From the NCBI GenBank assembly GCA_003707115.1, contig PPNB01000001.1, positions 496,001 to 560,000 of the forward strand: 64,000 nucleotides of DNA, given 5' to 3'. The notes under the pieces were generated by a model, which did no database searches, had not been told where the DNA came from, and saw nothing but the letters and a program-made list of their open reading frames with translations. Below, in pieces: positions 40,616 through 50,978 of the stretch (positions are counted from its first letter, which is position 1; each line of letters opens with the position of its first letter). The DNA comes from Tortispora ganteri (Eukaryota). Both the position numbers and the translations under genes were made by a program.

Positions 40616-40972
40616 ATGTCCTACGGTGAATTTCATTTTGGTCGTGGAGGCGCTGGAAACGTTGCTGTCGAAAAAGGCGTCGCAGTCGCTCCTGTTACTT
40701 CTGCCCCAGTACAAGTGTTTACTGATCCTAAAACCACATACCTTTCCGGCCGTGGCGGCGCCGGAAACGTCCACTCTGTTGCCAACATGCCAGCCATGTC
40801 TCCTGACCAGTACCTTCAGGAAGTCCACAACGCCTTGGAGGTCGCTCCGCAGACTTACAAGATTGGTCGCGGTGGGCGCGGAAATGTAGTTCGTTCAAGG
40901 TCGCCTCCTAAGAGAGATACTGTCCCTAAAGAAGGATGGTGGAGCCAGCTGCGCCGCACCATCTCTCATTAA
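40616..40972 (+). CDS. DUF3602 / Par32-like small protein
   Basis: Three GRGG(A/R)GN repeats; 118 aa. Confidence 0.8.
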   Translation: MSYGEFHFGRGGAGNVAVEKGVAVAPVTSAPVQVFTDPKTTYLSGRGGAGNVHSVANMPAMSPDQYLQEVHNALEVAPQTYKIGRGGRGNVVRSRSPPKRDTVPKEGWWSQLRRTISH

Positions 40973-41168
40973 TTGCTGAAAGTCTGCGCAATCTGCTCGA
41001 AATCAGATTTACTTTCACATTTTACCCCTCGCTATGATCTTTTAACGATTAAGCCAACTACTTGGCCGATCGTTATTTTTTTACGTTTTTACGCTTTCAC
41101 GGTTTTACGCTTATTGTTTGTTTTATTATATTATAATGTCATTAGTTTTCTATTTTCATCACTATAGT

Positions 41169-42296
41169 CTACGCCATTCCTCGAACATGGATAATATCTG
41201 GGTTCTCTTCCCACTCTGAGGACGATATCCACATATTTCTGAAAGTTGAGAGTCCTGCCAATATACTGCCGCCTATCCATGTGCTGTACTTACGTTCGGG
41301 TGGTGCGTAAATTTTGATCTTCGCTTTAGGCGCCGCGAGCCGTCGGCATTCAGTGAGCAGTCGATCGCCGAATCCTTTAGTCATTGTAGTTCCGCCGGCG
41401 AGGACGATATTTTCCCAGAGCGTACTTCTAAGATCGACATCTGCACGGTGTATGGCTTCGGCTACAAGCGACTGTACGCCGCCATACTCGGAGCCGACGA
41501 GGGCCGGGTTGAACAATATCTCAGGCGCAGCATGTCGTTCGTAGCCAAGATTGAGCACTCGTCCATCCGGGAGCACGTACGTAGCAGTAGATTCAGACTC
41601 CTTTTGTGGGTCTGCGGCAATGTATGACCGTGTCTCTTTTATGTGCTGCACGAGATCTAACTCTGCAGACGTCGAAAATGAAATTAGAGCGCCATCAATA
41701 GGCTGGCTCCTTCGCAGTTGTGCAGCGAGTTCTTCAGATACGTCTCTACCAGCGAGATCCATTCTGCGCGCGCCCTTTATAGCGAGTCCTTGCACTACGG
41801 GTACGACGTGTGAGACACCGTCACCGACGTCCAATACCACTCCTGTAGTCCTGCCCGACGCGTAAAGTGACAAGATAGCTTGTACACCAATGTAGAGCGC
41901 TGGAACGCCGTATCGTTCAAAGAAGAGCTCGCACATGCGTGTTCTGTTGGTTTTTGGATTGAGCGCGGCCTCCGTGAGCAGGACCGGGTGCTCATTAGCG
42001 GCAGACTCGCTGGCACCGATCTCGTCGTATGCATATGTCCACAATTTTTCCATATCACTCCAGTTTTCTACGACACCATGTGCCATTGGATGCGTCAGTT
42101 TAAGTAATCCACGCGATTCCCGTGCAGCCTCCCCGACAAGGATATGGTCGTCTAGTCCACCAGCCATTACACGCGGATGTTTTACTCGTCCAACAAGCGA
42201 GGGTGCATACAATTTTGGGTATTCTGTGCCAGCAAAGCCGGCTTTGAGTACGCCAGAACCATTATCGAAGACAATTGGCTGATTATACAGTTCCAT
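41169..42296 (-). CDS. ARP1: Actin-related protein 1 (centractin, dynactin)
   Basis: NQPIVFDNGSGVLKAGFAG, KHPRVMAGGL, KIYAPPERKYSTWIGGSILAGL; ATG at 42296. Confidence 0.9.
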   Translation of the reverse strand: MELYNQPIVFDNGSGVLKAGFAGTEYPKLYAPSLVGRVKHPRVMAGGLDDHILVGEAARESRGLLKLTHPMAHGVVENWSDMEKLWTYAYDEIGASESAANEHPVLLTEAALNPKTNRTRMCELFFERYGVPALYIGVQAILSLYASGRTTGVVLDVGDGVSHVVPVVQGLAIKGARRMDLAGRDVSEELAAQLRRSQPIDGALISFSTSAELDLVQHIKETRSYIAADPQKESESTATYVLPDGRVLNLGYERHAAPEILFNPALVGSEYGGVQSLVAEAIHRADVDLRSTLWENIVLAGGTTMTKGFGDRLLTECRRLAAPKAKIKIYAPPERKYSTWIGGSILAGLSTFRNMWISSSEWEENPDIIHVRGMA

Positions 42297-42529
42297 TGTC
42301 TTTTGGTCGAAGTGGACCTTGGCTCCCAAAGGGGCCTCACTACGCGTATAAGTTACGGGTGTCTCAGAGCAGCCTAGCACTTAGAGACTGGATTAGAATA
42401 TACTGGCAGATCACTGAAATAAAAATATCAATTATAGGCGCTATTTCAATGTGTCTGCAATTTTATTTTAATTACTATTAAGTAATAATGTAACGTTAGA
42501 AGCGCTATATGTTGTAAGATAGCGGATCA

Positions 42530-42820
42530 TTACTCGTGCGTATCGTCAGACACAGTGTCCACGGCGAATGTGAACGGACTGAAAGTGTCAAAGTCCGAGA
42601 TCGACTGGTAAGGACAGGGCAGCTCGGTTTCGTCTACTATTGTGAAGTTGTTAAGTTTGCTTAGGAACATAGCGGTATTGACAGTCGTCAGGCCATGAGA
42701 TGAGACAGTTGTGACCTTATCAACTGAGGACAACGAAGACTCAGTATGTTGCAAATCAGGCATACTATCAAAGAACGGCAGCTCTGACATACAATGAATT
42801 CTTTCAGTATCAATATGCAT
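42530..42820 (-). CDS. Small acidic Ser/Thr-rich hypothetical protein (96 aa)
   Basis: ATG-started ORF alone in an otherwise empty interval; no recognised domain. Confidence 0.45.
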   Translation of the reverse strand: MHIDTERIHCMSELPFFDSMPDLQHTESSLSSVDKVTTVSSHGLTTVNTAMFLSKLNNFTIVDETELPCPYQSISDFDTFSPFTFAVDTVSDDTHE

Positions 42821-43190
42821 TATTAAGATACAGATCAGAGTATTGAATGTGTGTATGCGTCAGCGGGAGTTCAGGAGTCTTTAGCTGTAAGTATCGAATA
42901 CCAGGACACAACAGATCACGTGCATCAAATCAATGAAGACCAGCAAATAATAAGTAAATGAATAAAAATTACACAGATATAATTGTCATTGTTATATGAT
43001 AAAGATGTAAAAGTGAAGATCTGAAGGCTACTTAAGCGGTAACTGCGGTAGACTTTTGGGAGGGAGTCGCTTGATTCACAACTGTTAGATAACCAACTAA
43101 ATTAGACAACCACAACGACTTACTTTGTTCACATATACGACTCAAAAGGATCAGAAACAATAAATAAAATACAAAAGAAATACGGTAAAT

Positions 43191-44269
43191 ATGTCTGACT
43201 CAATTGGTAAGTAGTTTGAACGTTGAAACTGGGCACAGTTGCCACACCATACCTCATGCCTCGGTAAACTAACTCTCCACTTTTAGATCGAGTTTTCGTG
43301 AAGGCGATATCAACTATAAGGACTATCGCGGAATTAGACTCACTGCGCGGCGAACAGCATAGACCACCAGCAGAAGCACGACTTAAACTATACGGCCTGT
43401 ATAAACAGGCTACTGAAGGCGATGTTGAAGGCATAATGGTAAGGCCAGTGGGCCACACAGCTGAAGACGAGACTGCCCGACGGAAATGGGATGCGTGGAA
43501 AGAACAGCAGGGACTGTCAAAAGTTGAGGCAAAACGTAGATACGTCTCACTTCTAATTGAAATGATGAACGAGCATGCTAGTACATCTCCAGAAGCCCGC
43601 GAATTGCGGTCGGAATTGGAGTACCTCTGGGACCAGGTTAAGGACGTATCAGAGACTGATTCAAATGAGTCAGACGAGCTCATGGGACTACACTACCACC
43701 ATGACATGCCTGCAGTGCCTGTAGGACACTCGGCCCCACTATCACATGCATCAAATATCATCGCTAGTGGTATAGCTACACCGATTGAAACAGAGGAAGC
43801 TAAGCGCTGGCGAAGAGACGTCACTTGGGCATTAAGCACTATAAACACTGAACTGGCGCAGATTGCACAGTCTATGGGTCGCCAAAGTTTCGACGACAGA
43901 GGTTCTATGAAGTCAGCTACAGGTAGACCAAAATTCGGAATGTACGATTATCCTACACGATCCGAAAAGCAGGCACTGGACGACGAGTCCGCAATCGATT
44001 TTAAAGCCTATATCACTGGTATATGGACGTCGCTTAAGCAGTTCGTCTCAGATACGGGCTATAAAGTCCTGAAACATCTTTCTACAGATATAGCTGTGCT
44101 GCTAGTCATTTTGTATATTGTGCGACAGCGACGTCTCATTAAACAAACGTCACCCGATCGGATTGAGAGTTCTTGGCTAGCAGCTTATGCGGGCATCCTG
44201 TTGGATTTCCTGGGATCATCGCTAAACAAAGCCCTGACGCTGCTGGGCGTCCGGATAATCGTCGATTAA
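43191..44269 (+). CDS. ATG37: Acyl-CoA-binding peroxisomal membrane protein Atg37/ACBD5-like; exons 43191-43206 and 43287-44269
   Basis: 80-nt intron 43207-43286 gives MSDSIDRVFVKAISTIRT; ACB motifs LYGLYKQATEGD and KWDAW; C-terminal TM. Confidence 0.8.
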
Positions 44270-44288
44270 TCGTCGATTAACCGTCGAC
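44256..44288 (+). repeat. 11-bp tandem repeat, three copies, across the ATG37 stop codon
   Basis: TAATCGTCGAT TAATCGTCGAT TAACCGTCGAC. Confidence 0.85.
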
Positions 44289-44479
44289 TATATGCCGACC
44301 AGTTCAGTTTTGCCACCTGATGATTCTATCGGATTACCGTTTCACCTCGGTAACTCAAGTGAGGGGGGGTGGTGGAGAAAAACGTCATTCTGCTGGGGAA
44401 TGGAGCGCGGTCCCACCACGTTCTCCACCATACTCATACGTTGCTGGGACATTGCAGGAACATTGCACCATTTACCACC

Positions 44480-44797
44480 ATGCCCAGCGTACAGTCAGGC
44501 ACATACACTACTGAGCAAGGCACGCCACTACAATGGTCCATAATCATGTTTGATTCCCCTAAAAGCGCTGTAAGAATACATGTAGGTGATCGTGTTAGCT
44601 CGTCGGTTTATGCGATCGGGGACCACAACGGAGAAGTGGTCATGAGTCCGCTGATTTTCCACCAACCGACGATAGAGTCTACTGAAAGAATAGCGCGTTT
44701 GGCTTGCAAAAAGCTGGACAGACCCGTATTTGTTACCAATTCTTCTAACGACACTAGGATCATACCTGAATTATTCAAATCATTAAATGGCGTATAA
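44480..44797 (+). CDS. Proteasome assembly chaperone PAC4/Poc4-like
   Basis: 105 aa from ATG 44480; STERIARLACKKLDRPVFV resembles the PAC4 motif. Confidence 0.55.
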   Translation: MPSVQSGTYTTEQGTPLQWSIIMFDSPKSAVRIHVGDRVSSSVYAIGDHNGEVVMSPLIFHQPTIESTERIARLACKKLDRPVFVTNSSNDTRIIPELFKSLNGV

Positions 44798-44800
44798 TTT

Positions 44801-46324
44801 CTAAAAATCTCGAAATATCATTGCCAGCTTCTCTAGCCGGTCTAACTGAATCAGCACACTCTGCTCAATTTCTCGGTACTCCTGCAATTCCTTTCTTTCA
44901 CCTGGTTGCAATAGTTCAGGGTTCGCTTTAATGTCCTCGCGTGTCATTTTAGCTATCAGAACCGACCTCTTCTTCCGCTCCGCAATAAGCGTCCCGTACT
45001 GTTTCTCCATAGCCTTGTACACGTCGTCCAGCAGGTAGTTATACGCATGTACTGGGTCGTGGTACCACAAGAAAAACGTAGAGCTCGGATTTCTTTCGTT
45101 CCCTCGAGGAACTTCCTGCAGTTCAATGCATGATGCTAGTTTCATGTCTGTCAGCAGTGATCTAATCTCGCTTGATGGCACTAGTGCTATTTTCCCGAGC
45201 ATCTTCTCATCAACCATTTTCTTGGTCCTGATAACTCTCAGTAGTCGAAGTGCCAAATTACCGTACTTCTCCTGTACTCTCTCATCATAAATATGTTCTC
45301 TAACATGGTCACATAAATCATTAAAATCCACAGTCCACAAATTATCGCTCAACGACTCCACAAACTTGAGCTTATCGCGTTTGAGCCATTCCAAATGCTG
45401 ACCTATCCTGTACAGCAACAAATCTCGGCCTTTGTACGTACTGGGATTCTCCTCGTATATTGATTGTTTTAGCTCTGCCTTTTCTGGTTCTGACATATTC
45501 GCTAGGATCTCCTGCACATTAGCTACTGTCTTGCCTCCGTCAGTCAGCGTAGGCAAAGCGACTTTAGTGAAGTCCGGCTGATCGCTTCTACACCTAATCA
45601 GATGCGGCTCCAGCACACACAGCAGCGCCTTAAAAACACTTGCAGAGACTTTGCCTAGCCGCAGGCTTACAAGCTCGGTTAGCACCTCGCTGCGCCGTCG
45701 AATCAGATAGCGATCGTGATTCAATATCAGCGGGGTATTTCCTGTTCCAGATGACTTCCCGTGCCGTGACATTACGTCTCGAAATGCGGCAATAGCGGAC
45801 GCAGACGCTTCTTGCTGCCGTTTCGCCTCTGAGATCGAACTCTTTAGAGGGATGCTCTGCAGCGCCGCACGTTCCAGCTCATCATAGATACACGAACAAG
45901 GAGTATACCGTGATCTGCTTAAAAAGATAATAAAGTAATCTTGGCTCATTTTAGTCACCAGAGGTTCGAGCTCTGCAGGGATACGCGCCTTCTCTAAACT
46001 GCCGTAAGTTAACAGCAGCCGCACGACGTTCTCGGCATTAGGACCGTACGTTTTTGCGTATTGCATCATGGATCCAAACCGCAACAGTCTCAAAGCATGA
46101 TGGTACGGTACAATGTAGTAATTAGCGTACCACTGAACTAGACCAACTTGTATAAGGGTCAGAAGGGTCGTAAGCACAAATTTAAGAGCGTACTTTGTGC
46201 TTTTTGATATCTGAATAGCTGTGCGTCTTCCGTGCCAGAAAATGTCCTGTACAATATCGCCCGCAACATCGCCATACATGTCTCTTACCAACAGAACCCC
46301 CAGCCTCTTGGCGTGAACTGACAT
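44801..46324 (-). CDS. RPC82: RNA polymerase III subunit C82/RPC3
   Basis: LVRDMYGDVAG...HGRRT; IELQEVPR...TFFLWYH. Confidence 0.85.
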   Translation of the reverse strand: MSVHAKRLGVLLVRDMYGDVAGDIVQDIFWHGRRTAIQISKSTKYALKFVLTTLLTLIQVGLVQWYANYYIVPYHHALRLLRFGSMMQYAKTYGPNAENVVRLLLTYGSLEKARIPAELEPLVTKMSQDYFIIFLSRSRYTPCSCIYDELERAALQSIPLKSSISEAKRQQEASASAIAAFRDVMSRHGKSSGTGNTPLILNHDRYLIRRRSEVLTELVSLRLGKVSASVFKALLCVLEPHLIRCRSDQPDFTKVALPTLTDGGKTVANVQEILANMSEPEKAELKQSIYEENPSTYKGRDLLLYRIGQHLEWLKRDKLKFVESLSDNLWTVDFNDLCDHVREHIYDERVQEKYGNLALRLLRVIRTKKMVDEKMLGKIALVPSSEIRSLLTDMKLASCIELQEVPRGNERNPSSTFFLWYHDPVHAYNYLLDDVYKAMEKQYGTLIAERKKRSVLIAKMTREDIKANPELLQPGERKELQEYREIEQSVLIQLDRLEKLAMIFRDF

Positions 46325-46601
46325 TACTGCTCTTTGTGGGTCCTTGTTTTTTTTTTTACGTTGCGATTTCGTCCTGTGCAGTTCCTCGAAGCCCCGTTAA
46401 GCTTTAGCAGTTAACGAGAAAGAAAACTACAGTTACCCGGCCTTATTTCAATAAACGTCCACCAATCCCAAGTCCTGCATTCCCATCCCGTACTTTCGAA
46501 AAAAGATCACCTTAACTTCCTTCACTCAAGGACAGGACTTTCGTCGTTTTGCTTTACCGTTTAAGTGCGTCTCTCCTAGAATACTATCTTCTTGTAACAA
46601 A

Positions 46602-47858
46602 ATGAAGACTCCTTCAATGAGCCGCGCCGCCTCTACACTGGTCGAAAAGACTGTTTTAGGTGTAAAGTCCACTGCCATCCCCGGCTCCGGCCCAACCTCT
46701 ACAGTATCTGTTGTTATTCGTGGAGGCTCCAAATTTGAATCTGCCTCCGGTGCCGCTCATGTTCTCGAGCGTTTCGCTTTTCAAAATACTGCCAAGCGTT
46801 CCGGTCTTCGCCTTACTAGAGAAACTGAACTCATGGGCGGCCAATTGAGCCATTATCACGACCGCGAGTCCATTGTCTTAACCGCAAAGTTCCTTAGACA
46901 AGACCTTCCTTTCTTCGTAGAGCTTCTCGGTGACGTCGTCGCTTCCCCTTCGCTTGATGACTTTGAGCTCGTTGAAACCGTTTGGCCGCTAGCAGTCCTC
47001 GAATCTCGCGCCGCTGAAACCGTACCCTCTAATGTGGCCCTCGAACTAGCACACTCCGTCGCTTTCCGTAAGGGACTAGGAAACCCTCGTTTAGTCGATC
47101 CCGACTCTGACCATGTCTCAATTGAAAATGTCCGTGACCATTTCGCCGCTACTTACACCAAGGCAAACATCCACGTCGTCGGTAACGATGTAGATCCTGA
47201 AGTCTTTCAACAGCTCGTAGAGTCTGCCTTTGGTTCCGTCCCTGGAGGCACTGCCGTGTCGGCACCTACACCCGCTGCTTTCCATGGTGAAGCTCGCGTT
47301 AAATCCACCGCAGGAAATGCCTTCACCCTAGCCTACCCTCTTGTCGGTGCTGATGCTTCTCCTGCTGCCGCTGTCCTGGGCTACGCTCTTGGCGGAATCC
47401 CGGCTATAAAGTGGGCAACCAGCTCTGCCAGCATACCCACCGGTGCAGCTGAAATCAGCCCGTTTGTTTCAACTGCTACTGGTTACGCCTCGTATGCGAA
47501 TGCCGGTCTCCTCCACTTCTCCGTCGCTGGTCCTTATTCTGCTGCTTCTTCCGTCTCTGCTGCCGCCAAGAAAGCCGCTTCTGTTATCAAATCAGCTCCT
47601 CTTTCCTTGTCTGATGATGTTATAAAACGCGCTATTGCACAAGCCAAATTCGCCGCTGCTTCAGCCGTCGACTCCTATGAAGGCACTAATTGGGCTATCG
47701 GAACCAAGGGTCTTGACCTTGGCTCTGTTGATGCTGCAACCTTCGACAAGGTCACTCCTGACGCCGTAAAGGCCGTCGCTAAGAAGATTGCTGAAGCTAC
47801 TCCTGCTGTTGCCGCTGTTGGAAAGATCTTTGAGCTTCCTCACACCGATGAGCTCTAA
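46602..47858 (+). CDS. QCR2: Cytochrome bc1 complex core protein 2
   Basis: GAAHVLERFAFQNT.KRSGLRLTRETELMGG; C-terminal LPHTDEL. Confidence 0.93.
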   Translation: MKTPSMSRAASTLVEKTVLGVKSTAIPGSGPTSTVSVVIRGGSKFESASGAAHVLERFAFQNTAKRSGLRLTRETELMGGQLSHYHDRESIVLTAKFLRQDLPFFVELLGDVVASPSLDDFELVETVWPLAVLESRAAETVPSNVALELAHSVAFRKGLGNPRLVDPDSDHVSIENVRDHFAATYTKANIHVVGNDVDPEVFQQLVESAFGSVPGGTAVSAPTPAAFHGEARVKSTAGNAFTLAYPLVGADASPAAAVLGYALGGIPAIKWATSSASIPTGAAEISPFVSTATGYASYANAGLLHFSVAGPYSAASSVSAAAKKAASVIKSAPLSLSDDVIKRAIAQAKFAAASAVDSYEGTNWAIGTKGLDLGSVDAATFDKVTPDAVKAVAKKIAEATPAVAAVGKIFELPHTDEL

Positions 47859-48132
47859 ATGCGATGTTTTTGACAACAATACAATTTCTCTCCCTTTTAC
47901 TATCTGACGGTTTCATCTCGGCACAACGGTCCTGGCCATTTCCAGATCACTTGGCCTTGCCCGATTGTACGCTCCTCTTTCTTCTTATACTCTCTTCTTA
48001 CATGACTGGTACCTGTATTTCTTATTTTTATGCTAAGACTTTACAGTGCATAATCTCTCAAACAATCCTAGCCACCTTATTATAAACTAACTGGATAACT
48101 ATCCTGTAGCTAATGTATGTTTGACACCTTTC

Positions 48133-50211
48133 TCATTTTACTGGAGTGAGACACATAACTGGAAAGAACGGATGTCCTTTAGTGTTCATTGTCAGTTTTA
48201 GCTCTGTGCCAGACTTAGTTGCCTTTTCCAAGGTCATCAATGAAAGATTCATTGAGACGACCGAGTATTTTATCTGTTTTATACTTTCTTTATGCAATTT
48301 TGTTATATCACCCGTGCCACGTATATTTGCAGCTGATGCGGCTTTGCTGTAGTAGCCGTCTATGAGCGATAGCTTTTTCAGTGCCAAACTAAGAGAATGT
48401 TTAGCCTGGCCGATGTAAAATGAGACTTCTTGCGACATAAAAAATTCACTAACTTTTTGTTTGGTTAAAGGACCCGGCCATGAAACGGAATTAAACGGCT
48501 TCATCCTTGTATTTAGCGACAGATCATAGTTGTACCAAGTGCGTTCTTGCGGCCCAGAGGGAACAAGGCCTTGGAGGATCAAAGCCTTAGACATAGCAGC
48601 CATGCCTTGGCACACACTCGCTATCATGTCATAGTACTCCATTTTATACTTCAAATAGAAAACATTCTGACGGTCGAAATCAGGATTCAGTCGACTTATA
48701 CTTTTATAGAGTTCCTCTGATAATACCATTGCGTGCAAATACATCTCTGGCCATTCATAATCCTCATATATAGTCAAATTAAAACCAAGCAAATTTGAAT
48801 ACAGCATAGTTTCCACTTTCCTAATAAGAAGGTACTGCGAAAGAGAACGAACCATACCAGTGTGAGGATCAGGAGTTCCGGCGCCTTCGCTTTGAAGGAT
48901 ATCGGCGTGCAAGCTATCCCATTCGACAATTAAGTGAGCAAAATTTTGCCTTTGTCTGCACTGATTCAAGCACAAAACAGTCAAATCTTTGTAGACGAGG
49001 TTGCTGAGTTGCTGCTGAACCATTTCTAAAACTTTTGGTTCAGCTAAATTTCCTGCTGCAAACATGTTAGACACGCGCTTGCCAATATAGACGCGCAGGT
49101 CATTATCTAGCAAATCAGGCTGCCAATTAAGTGTGCGGTAATCTGAGCTGACGAGAACGCGGGTGAGAATGCGGGTGAGAGCTGTTCGTGATATAGAGCC
49201 TGGAGCATAATGTTCGTGCGATTCCTGAAGCGAAAAATCGAGCAAGGCTTGACGGACTATGAGAGAGGAGGATGGTTGACACTGGATATTTTGGTATTCG
49301 TTAACAAGTTTGAGACCAAGGGAGAGATCTGCAATAAAGTGCTGGTACCCTTGCACGGTGACTGTCCAAACAGGAATTTCTGGAAGAGGACGAGGCGGGT
49401 TGCAGGCCGACAAGCGGCTCTGCACTGCGTAACTAACTGATTCAGGGAAGGATTCCGATAAATCTATTGAGCTGGAGATATCCTCTGCGAATTGTTGGAA
49501 TGTATTGGAAATGCGGGCGAGTGATTCGGCTGCCGTTGACGGATCGAGCAAACAGTCCGAGAAGTTGAGCCAGTTGAGGCGGAATTGCAAATGCGCCAGG
49601 ATTGCAGATTTTAGTTGCAAAGGTATACTAAGATTGAAATCGGTAAACCAGCTGATGGTCTCAGAAAGGTATGATTTGACGTGCGTGCTGGCGTGTGAAT
49701 CTAAGGTATGTGTGCAGAGAGAAAGGCCGAAAGTATTGGTTTGTACGTCTTCCTCATCATAGAACAAGGGAAAGCCTGCTTGTTCAATAAGAGACAAAAA
49801 ATTGCGTATAGTGTGAATGGTTGCAAGAGAGTACGCCCTTAAAAGGCGTCCCGTAGGGTGGTTCGTCCACTCTGCGCCTAATTCAGCGATGTCGCTGGAA
49901 TAAGTGTTGAGAAGGTAGAATATGTATCTTGATGGAAACACGACCTGACATAGCGAATAGCCCTGGTGCCATAGTAATTCAGCTGCAACAAGGTAGTTTA
50001 AATGGGCTAATACTTCACCATATGATCGCGGGGCAGAACAGTTAAAAGCAGGCAAATGAAGTAGACCAGAGTCCATTTTAGGCTCACCTATTTCAATTGC
50101 AGTTACGGACTGAAACAATGAGAAATGTGGGCTCTTAACCAAATCTGTCTCATTAAGTTCAGCACAAAGAGAAGTGAATCTCGTTGTGATGTCTTCGAAC
50201 TTCGCCGTCAT
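48133..50211 (-). CDS. MAK10: NatC auxiliary subunit (Naa35)
   Basis: FEDIT...FSLFQSVTAIEIGEPKMDSG; NQCRQRQNFAH. Confidence 0.88.
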   Translation of the reverse strand: MTAKFEDITTRFTSLCAELNETDLVKSPHFSLFQSVTAIEIGEPKMDSGLLHLPAFNCSAPRSYGEVLAHLNYLVAAELLWHQGYSLCQVVFPSRYIFYLLNTYSSDIAELGAEWTNHPTGRLLRAYSLATIHTIRNFLSLIEQAGFPLFYDEEDVQTNTFGLSLCTHTLDSHASTHVKSYLSETISWFTDFNLSIPLQLKSAILAHLQFRLNWLNFSDCLLDPSTAAESLARISNTFQQFAEDISSSIDLSESFPESVSYAVQSRLSACNPPRPLPEIPVWTVTVQGYQHFIADLSLGLKLVNEYQNIQCQPSSSLIVRQALLDFSLQESHEHYAPGSISRTALTRILTRVLVSSDYRTLNWQPDLLDNDLRVYIGKRVSNMFAAGNLAEPKVLEMVQQQLSNLVYKDLTVLCLNQCRQRQNFAHLIVEWDSLHADILQSEGAGTPDPHTGMVRSLSQYLLIRKVETMLYSNLLGFNLTIYEDYEWPEMYLHAMVLSEELYKSISRLNPDFDRQNVFYLKYKMEYYDMIASVCQGMAAMSKALILQGLVPSGPQERTWYNYDLSLNTRMKPFNSVSWPGPLTKQKVSEFFMSQEVSFYIGQAKHSLSLALKKLSLIDGYYSKAASAANIRGTGDITKLHKESIKQIKYSVVSMNLSLMTLEKATKSGTELKLTMNTKGHPFFPVMCLTPVK

Positions 50212-50543
50212 TATTGCAAGAAGGACGATGTCTAGGTTAACAGGAACATTTTGACCAGGCTATAAAAGTCACTCACACCATAATCTGCGGAAAGATCAAA
50301 CTCTTCCATTAAAATACTACAATATCTACAAAAAAAAAAAAATAATAATTGAAAGAACATCGTTAACATAGTAGTTTTTTGTTCCAGCAGACCAGATAAG
50401 CCCGTCTAGTGCGCCGCTATAGCGGGCCCGAGCGGCTTTCCGAAGAAGTAATTTAGGCGATCAGCGGTCTGGCCCTTGCAGGATGTGTGAGGTCTAGTGA
50501 AAAACCAACAATTTGCGTCGCAGCCAAGAAAGAAATTAACGGT

Positions 50544-50741
50544 TTACTCTTTGGCAACAGTAGAACCAACAGGAACACTTTCAGACTGTTTGCCGTTCAC
50601 CCATCGAGCTACACGGAGGTCAATGCCATCGCGACGTTCGACTGTTGAGCGAATAGAAGGCTTCAAGCATTCGCGAACAGTGCGGGCAGCAATTGCAGCG
50701 TATTTGTTGTAACTAAAACCAGCAGACCTCCAGTAAGTCAT
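50544..50741 (-). CDS. ATP15: Mitochondrial ATP synthase epsilon subunit
   Basis: YWRSAGFSYNKYAAIAARTVRECLK...WVNGKQ; 65 aa. Confidence 0.92.
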   Translation of the reverse strand: MTYWRSAGFSYNKYAAIAARTVRECLKPSIRSTVERRDGIDLRVARWVNGKQSESVPVGSTVAKE

Positions 50742-50978
50742 ATTGTAGTGCTTCTATTTCGAAAGAGAAAAAGTAGATGCGTTGTCTGAGGAGAAGGTGT
50801 CCGGGAGAATGCGGAAGTCCGGGTCGACGCTGCTGAAAAGGTCGGTGGAAAAATCGCACCTAGCAACAGTGAAGGTTAGGGTACAGAACTCTACTAGCTG
50901 CATAAATATATATATATATACAATATAACAGACAATTAAATGCTATTAGAAATGCTTGAGAAGTGCTGTAGTTATTAT

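Noticed and set aside
50385..50445. RNase P/MRP-like motifs GGAAAGCCG and ACUAGACGGGCUUA on the minus strand
   Set aside because: Only about 25 nt separate them, leaving no room for the S-domain or CR-II to CR-IV; kept only as a structured element
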